Shown piece after piece: positions 1 to 6,288 of a stretch of 11,873 nt of DNA (its first letter is position 1; every line of letters begins with the position of its first letter). The stretch lies in NCBI GenBank assembly GCA_965205655.1, contig CBDBIJ010000050.1, positions 1-11,873 on the forward strand. The letters are read 5' to 3'. The notes beneath the pieces are model-generated. The model saw only the letters and a list, made by a program, of their open reading frames with translations, did no database searches and was not told the DNA's origin. A program made the position numbers and the translations under genes. Source of the DNA: Candidatus Latescibacterota bacterium (GTDB taxonomy: Bacteria > Latescibacterota > UBA2968 > UBA8231).

Positions 1-1011
1 ACGAACTATCCGGAGGAGACCTACGTAGAGCTCGTCGCGCAGTCGGCCCGGCAGTGGCGCGCCTGGCACGAGCGTCTGAGCCAGGCGATCTATTATCAGA
101 CCGGCATGATCATCATCCTACGCGATATGGGTCAGGACAGCGCTGCCGTCCGCGGTTGGGAAACCTTGAAACGCGTGAGCGGGCGCGAGGGAGGAGAAGA
201 TGGGGCTTTTGAGCTTACCGTCGAGGAGGCCGCGGCGCGGTTTCCACAAATCTCGATCCGGGATGGGGACACCGTGCTCTTCGATCCGTGGTCCGGATAC
301 GTGCGCAGCGCCCAGGCCGTCAGCGACCTTGCCGGGCTCGCCAGCGACGATGGTGTCCTAATTCGTGAGAATGCAGCGGTCCGGGAAGTGACGGAGTCCG
401 CCGACGACACACGGCTCGTCTGCGACGACGAAACCCTGACCTTCGACCGGGTCATCGTGGCTGCGGGTCCATGGGTAACAAGCCTTCTACCAGGTCTGTT
501 GCCGCACATCCGCACCACGCGGCAGCAGATGGCGTTCTTTGCCCCCCGGGATAGCGCTCGTTTTGACCGACGGATATTCCCGATGTGGAGTGCCATCTCA
601 CCGACGGGAGCATGGTACGGTTTCCCATTCTTGCAGGAGGGTTTCGTAAAGGTGGCTGAGGACGATAAGATCGACGAGGTCGCCCCCGACACGGAGCGCA
701 CTGCAACCGGCGAGTTTCTCGACGCGGCTCGCCGGTTCGTCGCCGACCGCATTCCCGAGCTCGCGGAGGCCGAGCTCGTGGGTGGCCGCTCCTGCATCTA
801 TACCAACACCCCCGACAACCATTTCATCATCGATTGGGCGCCGGGTTTCGAGCGCGTTCTCGTCGCCGGGTGTGGCTGTGGCCACGGCTTCAAGTTCGGC
901 GGTTCCATCGGTCCGGTGATTGCCGATGCCCTCGAGGAGCGAGTGAATCCCCTCGGCGAGCTCTTCAGAATCGGCACTCGTTTTTGCGGTGCCGCATCCG
1001 GTGCTGACTAG
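1..1011 (+). CDS. FAD-dependent amine oxidase, monomeric sarcosine oxidase / N-methyltryptophan oxidase / fructosyl-amine oxidase family (5'-truncated)
   Basis: Frame 1 is open from base 1 (TNYPEETYVELVAQSARQWRAWHERLSQAIYYQTGM...), so ATG106 is internal and the start lies outside the window. Motifs: VIVAAGPW, WYGFP, SCIYTNTPDNHFIID (Cys codon 793-795, equivalent to the covalent-FAD Cys of MSOX) and GHGFKFG. Confidence 0.9.
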   Translation, partial: TNYPEETYVELVAQSARQWRAWHERLSQAIYYQTGMIIILRDMGQDSAAVRGWETLKRVSGREGGEDGAFELTVEEAAARFPQISIRDGDTVLFDPWSGYVRSAQAVSDLAGLASDDGVLIRENAAVREVTESADDTRLVCDDETLTFDRVIVAAGPWVTSLLPGLLPHIRTTRQQMAFFAPRDSARFDRRIFPMWSAISPTGAWYGFPFLQEGFVKVAEDDKIDEVAPDTERTATGEFLDAARRFVADRIPELAEAELVGGRSCIYTNTPDNHFIIDWAPGFERVLVAGCGCGHGFKFGGSIGPVIADALEERVNPLGELFRIGTRFCGAASGAD

Positions 1012-1063
1012 CACCGCGTGGTGCCGCTTTCGATGACACACTTTTTATGACAAAGGTAAAATC

Positions 1064-1439
1064 ATGAAAAGGACATTCGCATTGTGCCTGGTCAGCTTCG
1101 TCCTGAGTTGCTCTATGAAGCAAGGAGGAGAAACTGGAGCTGATTGGCGAGATCAGGAGTGAAATCTCGAGTGTCAAAATGGAATCGAAGAGCTTCGGCT
1201 CTGATCAGCAGGCGGTCGCGTCGTTCGTTGAGCGTCGGGAGAAGGCGTTCGCCCAGATCAAGGAGGTCATGCACAGAACGGTCGGCCAGGACAGAAAGAT
1301 CGAGAGCTTCGATCGATTCTATTTGACCGGGTTGCTCGAAGAGATCCGCGCGAGGGACGACATTTCCTTCGACAGCGCCAAGAGAATGACGGTGAAGCGA
1401 CTCGAGAAGCTGAAGAGACGTATCGAACAGATGCAGTAG
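1064..1439 (+). pseudogene. Small helical lipoprotein gene split by a +1 frameshift (pseudogene, sequencing error or recoding)
   Basis: ATG1064 gives MKRTFALCLVSFVLSC (basic N-terminus, hydrophobic core, lipobox-like VLSC), and that frame stops at 1160-1162. The frame of ORF 1179..1439 is open from 1119 (SKEEKLELIGEIRSEISSVKMESK...). Deleting one A at 1118/1119 joins them into a 124-aa protein. Confidence 0.55.
1179..1439 (+). CDS. Hypothetical helical protein (alternative model: C-terminal part of the split lipoprotein gene; could start at CTG1134)
   Basis: 86-aa charged amphipathic ORF filling the gap to the convergent SDR stop. No good RBS before ATG1179, but AGGAGG at 1123-1128 lies 5 nt before the in-frame CTG1134. 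Confidence 0.5.
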   Translation: MESKSFGSDQQAVASFVERREKAFAQIKEVMHRTVGQDRKIESFDRFYLTGLLEEIRARDDISFDSAKRMTVKRLEKLKRRIEQMQ

Positions 1440-1453
1440 AGGAGATCCGTCGA

Positions 1454-2269
1454 CTAATTCTTTTGCTTACCTACCGCGCCCTGAATGACCGACTCCGCGG
1501 CCTTCGGACTCAAGAACCTCAAACCCAGTAGAGCTTTGAGTTTTGACGGAATGACGAGCTCGCGCTGCCGCTTGCCCATGGCCTTCAGTACGGCGCGGCA
1601 GGCATCTTCCACCGAAACCGCATTTTTGCTGTGCTTGCGCGATGACTCCCCGAGCTCTCCCCCATCCTTGCCGAAGGCCCGCTTCCTCAGGTCGGTTCCG
1701 GCCAGCCAGTGAGGCAGCACGGTCAGTATATCCACACCACTTCCCTTCAACTCCATCCTCAGCGAATCGCAGAAGCCCTGTAGGGCGTGTTTGGAGGCGA
1801 CGTAGCCCGTGTGTAACGGAACCGGAATCTTGGCCTGGATCGAGGTAATGGCCACTATCATCCCGGCGCTCTGCCTGAGGTGAGGCAACGCATAGTAGAT
1901 GCAATTGACCGCCCCCAGATAGTTGACGTCGGTGAGCCGTCGAAAGATGTCGATGTCCTCGACCTCTTCGAACGACGTCCACATGCTGATGCCGGCGTTG
2001 GCCACCAGATAGTCGAGGGCGCCGTACTCCGCCACGCACTCCACGACTAGTCGCTGGCAATCTCCGGGCTTCGTTACATCGCCGATGACGGCCAGGGCAT
2101 CGGCACCGAGATCCCGACATTCGGCGGCAACCGCCTCCTGCTCCTCTTCCTCGGGCGAAAACAGGGTCAATCTGGCTCCCCGACCGGCGAACTCGCGCGC
2201 TAGTGCGGCCCCCAGACCGGACGAGGCGCCGGTTATGACAACCGACCTGCTTTTGAAAACGTCAGCCAT
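1454..2269 (-). CDS. Classical short-chain dehydrogenase/reductase, 11beta-HSD1/DHRS7B-like; candidate alkyl/acyl-DHAP reductase
   Basis: TGASSGLG glycine-rich motif, NAG, catalytic Ser in IVAITSIQAK, YVASK (YxxxK), then HALQGFCDSLRMEL. Starts 15 bp after the AGPS stop on the same strand. Confidence 0.93.
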   Translation of the reverse strand: MADVFKSRSVVITGASSGLGAALAREFAGRGARLTLFSPEEEEQEAVAAECRDLGADALAVIGDVTKPGDCQRLVVECVAEYGALDYLVANAGISMWTSFEEVEDIDIFRRLTDVNYLGAVNCIYYALPHLRQSAGMIVAITSIQAKIPVPLHTGYVASKHALQGFCDSLRMELKGSGVDILTVLPHWLAGTDLRKRAFGKDGGELGESSRKHSKNAVSVEDACRAVLKAMGKRQRELVIPSKLKALLGLRFLSPKAAESVIQGAVGKQKN

Positions 2270-2284
2270 ACTCGGTCACAGTTG

Positions 2285-4027
2285 CTACTGATCTGCGAAT
2301 ATCCCGTTGCTGATTCCGAAGACATTGTCCGGATCCATCGCCCTTTTCGTCTCCCGCAGGACACTCATGGCGCGCTCGGTCTGGATCTGCGGTAGAAAAG
2401 TGTGCCGGATCTTCCCGACCCCGTGGTGATGGGATAGCGAGCCGCCGTTGTCGAGGATAACCTGCCTAAGATGGCGCTCTATCTGGTGGTAGACGTCGTC
2501 CGGTTTTTCCAACCCCTTCCCCGACAGCCCCATCGTGAAGTAGATGCAGACACCGGTATGATATGTCTGCGTGACACGGTACGACAGATACGGCTTCCCC
2601 CGAACTCCGTGGGCCTGTGCCTGGTCCGCCAGCGTCCGCTCCACGGCCTGCGTCAACTGGTGAATCCGGTTCCAGGGTACTGATGTCTCGAAGGTTTCAC
2701 CGAGAATTTGAAACTGATTGAAGAAATCCCTGATGTAGGCGATCGAAAAGGTGAGCATGTATCCGCGCTGCCCGTTCTTTGACCCACCGCTCACGCCGCC
2801 GTGCTTCCTGGCAGCTCTGAATATGACCTTTTGCTGGTACGCCACCTCTCGTCGCGTGCCCTCCATGACGATGGTGCAGGCGGCGATCTGATACGGCTCG
2901 AAGCCTTTGATCTTCAGCAGTGCGAACTTCTGCAGCCTGGTCTCTATCCCCTTCCAGAAACCCGGCGCCGGCTTGAGAGCTTGGCTGAATCGGAACTCGG
3001 TGTTGTTTACCAGCCTGATGCTGGCCGGCAATGCGCCTTCGCGGCGCAGCTCTCTGAGAAACTCGATGCCTCTCGACAGATTCGGGAACACGAGGGAACC
3101 GTACCTGCGCGTTTCCGGCAGCGGGTGAACCTTGATGATCGCCTTCGTGATGATGCCGAAGTTGCCCTCGCTGCCGAAAAGGAGGGCTCTTGGCTGCACG
3201 CCGGTCGAGTTCCTCGGCGTCGCGTGCCTTGTCTCGATGTCGCCGGTCGCTGTGATCAGCGTCGCCTCGAGCACGATGTCCTCGATATTGCCGTACTTGT
3301 TCTTCTTCATGCCGCTGGCGTTGGTCGAGATCCAGCCGCCGAGCGTCGACAGCTCGACGCTGTCGGGATCGTGTCCGCACGTATAGCCCCGCGCCTCCAG
3401 CTCTCGTTCCAGGTCCTTACCCGATATCCCCGCTTCCACGCAGGCGACCAGATTCTCTTCGTCCAGCTCGACGATCCTGTTCATCCTTCGCATGTCGACG
3501 GAGACGATCATGCGTCGTTCGTCGGCGGGACACGCAAGGGCGCCGCTCACATTTGTCCCGCCCCCGTACGGCACCAGGCACACGCCGTGCTCGGCCGCCG
3601 CCCGCACCAACTTCCTCACATCTTTCTCGCTCTGCGGGTGCGCCACCGCGTCCACAGCTCTGGCGAGTGCGCCGATATAGAGGAGACGGTAGATTTCGTC
3701 CACGCTCAGCTGCCCGTGACTGTGGACGAGCCTGTCCTCGTCTCCGAAGGAGAGTTGACCGTTGGCGAGTCCATCATCCTCGAAGGCGTTCAGGAATGCC
3801 TCGTTCCGGTACGGCTCGGGCAGCTCTTGGCGCTCGACCTCGCTCACGGTTTCCTCGGGTCGAATCGGCACCCCGAGCATCTCCTCGGCAAACGGTATGA
3901 AGCCGGGCAGACTGTATCCCGCCAGTGGGTATCGGCTTCCGGTCATTCTCACGCTTCCGGGCCCGTCGAACTCGAACCGGGTGTCCGTGTACCCCCAGCA
4001 GTGGGGATATCTGTCCCCGTCGGACAT
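2285..4027 (-). CDS. agpS: Alkyl-dihydroxyacetonephosphate (alkylglycerone-phosphate) synthase, VAO/PCMH-fold flavoprotein
   Basis: AGPS motifs along the whole length: [132 protein letters not shown]. The start is uncertain: ATG4027 (chosen) or ATG4048. TTG4111 in the ORF track looks over-extended. Confidence 0.92.
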   Translation of the reverse strand: [580 protein letters not shown]

Positions 4028-4209
4028 GTCGTAGCACGACTCGAACATGCCCACAAGATAACGTCCATCCCGAATTGGCGGAATGCATCGTCTCGCACTC
4101 GCCCTCGCCAAGTTGCTCGAGGAGGATTAGGAATACGCGGGGGAATTACCTAAGTTTGTGTGCCACATGATCCTGCCTACAGCCAGCGTAGAGGAACCGA
4201 GACCGGCTT

Positions 4210-6162
4210 ATGGAACGAAAAAAGGGACTTCTGATAGCACCGAACTTCCCGGCGGACTCCTTCTGGAGCTACAAACACGTCCTCAAATACGTGGGGCGCC
4301 AAGCTGCCTTCCCACCACTCGGCCTGCTGACTTTCGCCGCCTACGTGTCTGAGGATGAGTGGGACCTACAGCTGCTGGATCTCAACGTTCGGCCGCCATC
4401 GGACAGCAAGCTTCGCCGGCTGATTCAGGAAGCCGACGCCGTCTTTGTCGGCGCCATGAACATCCAGCGCGACTCGCTCGTCGACCTTCTGGCCGGGCCG
4501 GCGAAAGGGACCGACACGCCGTGGGTGCTGGGCGGCCCCATAGCCTCTACCTACCGGGACACGATCTTGGAGCCCAGGACGGAATCCGATCGCGTTCTCC
4601 ACGATGGGCTCGATTACCTCGTTTGGGGAGAGGCGGAGCCTTGGATCGATAGCTTGCTCCAAGCCCTCGAGCGGGAGCCGGTTCACAGCCGCGCCACGCC
4701 GACCTTGCTCATTCCCGAGCGCGTCCTCGAGGAAGAGCCCGGCTCGCGCAAGTATCTTCTGGACAAGGAGATCTTCAGGCCCCTGGATACCGTCCCGGTG
4801 CCGCGGTGGGACCTGCTCGACGTCAAGGATTATCGGACCATGATGATTCAGACGACGGCCGGCTGCCGCTTTCGGTGCAACTTTTGCGACATCGTCCAGT
4901 TCAACGGCGGCTTTGCGCGGGCCAAGGACAAGGCCGCGGTCAAGAAAGAGCTGCAGGCGATTTACGACACCGGTTTCCGCGGCGGAATCTTCACCGTCGA
5001 CGACAACTTCGTCTCCGAGCCGGCGGCCATGGAGTTCATTCTCGAGGCCATGATCGAGTTTCAGCGAGAGTACAACTACCCGTTCGCCTTTTTCACACAG
5101 GCGAGCATCGACCTCGGCAAGGAAGGCATGTCCGAACTGATCCCTTTAATGCAGCGGGCCGGGTTCGTCTCCGTCTTTCTGGGCATCGAGAGCCCCGATC
5201 CCGTCGCTCTCAAGGCGATGAACAAGATCCAGAACATAAAGACCAAGCCCGAGGACACGATCAGAATGCTGCAGGAGGTCGGGATCGAGGTCTACGCCGG
5301 CTTCATATACGGAATTGATGGCGATTCGAAGGAGACAGCCGATATGATCGTCGACTTCGTCAAGGATAATGCCATCTTTTCCGCCATGACGGGCAAGCTG
5401 ACACCGATGCCGCACACGCCTCTCTACGTCGATCTGAAGAGGGAAGGTCGGCTGGTCGAGGAGGGCGTCGACGCTAGAAACAACATCGATGAAACGCTGC
5501 AGTACAAACCGACGATGGGGCTCGAGCAACTGCAAGAGGGATTCCGTCACATCTTATCGTCGCTGTTCAACCGCAAGGCTATCGACGAGCGCGCCCTCGA
5601 CCTCATGGAGCGCGTCGACGTCCACCTCTTCGCCGAAAAACATCACAATGCCGGCGATCTGAAGGCCGTTTTGCGCTCCTTCGCCAGGTACGGTCTTCAA
5701 GGAAGAGGCGGCGAGTTCATCCGCTACCTGGGGAACGCCTTCAAGCTCGATCGGAAATCTCAGCGGGAACTTCACGCCGAGCGGAGCTCGCTCAGGAAAT
5801 TTTGGGACACCCTCGCCTCTTCGGCGACCGACTACATCGAGCTGGGCCCCCAGCAGGTGAAGCGGTTCGCAAGGATGATCGATTACGCGCAGGATACCCT
5901 CGTGCGCTACTACCCGGACAAGGGACTACCGGAAATAGGCGAGATCGTCAGCAGCGCTCGCGAGGCTATCGAGAATCGCAAAATATCGGTTGAAGAGGGG
6001 AAGCAGATCTACGAGAGGGCGATGGAGTCGGTCGAGGGCAAAGCGAACAAACTCCGCTTCCCCGGTCGCCACCTGGTCCGCGCCTTCGAGCTGCGCATCC
6101 TCGGCCTCCACTACGAAACCGTAGTCGCCAACGTCCTCAAAAGAGACACGTCTCCGGTATAG
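4210..6162 (+). CDS. Cobalamin-binding radical SAM protein, HpnP-like / DUF4070-type architecture (putative class B methyltransferase)
   Basis: N-terminal SFWSY...AAFPPLGLLT, VLGGP and WGEAE (B12-binding domain). CxxxCxxC is CRFRCNFC at 4864-4887. Also VDDNF, FFTQASIDL, VFLGIESPD, AGFIYGIDGD and C-terminal ILGLHY. Confidence 0.92.
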   Translation: MERKKGLLIAPNFPADSFWSYKHVLKYVGRQAAFPPLGLLTFAAYVSEDEWDLQLLDLNVRPPSDSKLRRLIQEADAVFVGAMNIQRDSLVDLLAGPAKGTDTPWVLGGPIASTYRDTILEPRTESDRVLHDGLDYLVWGEAEPWIDSLLQALEREPVHSRATPTLLIPERVLEEEPGSRKYLLDKEIFRPLDTVPVPRWDLLDVKDYRTMMIQTTAGCRFRCNFCDIVQFNGGFARAKDKAAVKKELQAIYDTGFRGGIFTVDDNFVSEPAAMEFILEAMIEFQREYNYPFAFFTQASIDLGKEGMSELIPLMQRAGFVSVFLGIESPDPVALKAMNKIQNIKTKPEDTIRMLQEVGIEVYAGFIYGIDGDSKETADMIVDFVKDNAIFSAMTGKLTPMPHTPLYVDLKREGRLVEEGVDARNNIDETLQYKPTMGLEQLQEGFRHILSSLFNRKAIDERALDLMERVDVHLFAEKHHNAGDLKAVLRSFARYGLQGRGGEFIRYLGNAFKLDRKSQRELHAERSSLRKFWDTLASSATDYIELGPQQVKRFARMIDYAQDTLVRYYPDKGLPEIGEIVSSAREAIENRKISVEEGKQIYERAMESVEGKANKLRFPGRHLVRAFELRILGLHYETVVANVLKRDTSPV

Positions 6163-6242
6163 CCGAACCGCATAGGCCCCCGGGGCCCGCTGCATAAGCA
6201 AGACACTCAGCGGACTCGCTAGAGTCCGCGAAAAATGGTCAC

Positions 6243-6248
6243 TATAAT
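6243..6248 (+). promoter_or_regulatory. Possible sigma70-type -10 box (antisense or sRNA promoter)
   Basis: Perfect TATAAT. The hexamer 17 bp upstream (TAGAGT, 6220-6225) matches only 3/6 of TTGACA. Confidence 0.3.
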
Positions 6249-6274
6249 CGAAAAGCGGCTTCGTCAGAAGCCGC
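6249..6274 (-). terminator. Probable intrinsic terminator of the TlpA-Rieske unit
   Basis: The minus strand reads GCGGCTTC-tgac-GAAGCCGC-TTTTCG, 14 nt after the Rieske stop codon. The U-tract is short. Confidence 0.55.
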
Positions 6275-6288
6275 AAAAGACGGACCCG

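Noticed and set aside
132..1041. Minus-strand ORFs 132..797, 452..706 and 598..1041
   Set aside because: Antisense to the motif-rich flavoprotein; no recognisable domain.
1033..1069. ATGACA, ATGACA, ATGAAA direct repeats in the AT-rich gap before the lipoprotein
   Set aside because: Hexamers with uneven spacing (14 and 17 bp) are compatible with chance.
2801..4153. 450-aa + strand ORF
   Set aside because: Antisense shadow of AGPS with no motifs. Long antisense ORFs are expected in GC-rich coding DNA.
4127..4153. CIRCE-like 27-bp TTAG...CTAA element
   Set aside because: Only 10 of 18 positions match TTAGCACTC-N9-GAGTGCTAA, and it is not upstream of a chaperone gene. Kept only as a generic inverted repeat.
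4210..6162. Naming the radical SAM gene hpnP
   Set aside because: The architecture is shared by many non-hopanoid paralogues and no hpn genes are in the window; a phylogeny is needed.
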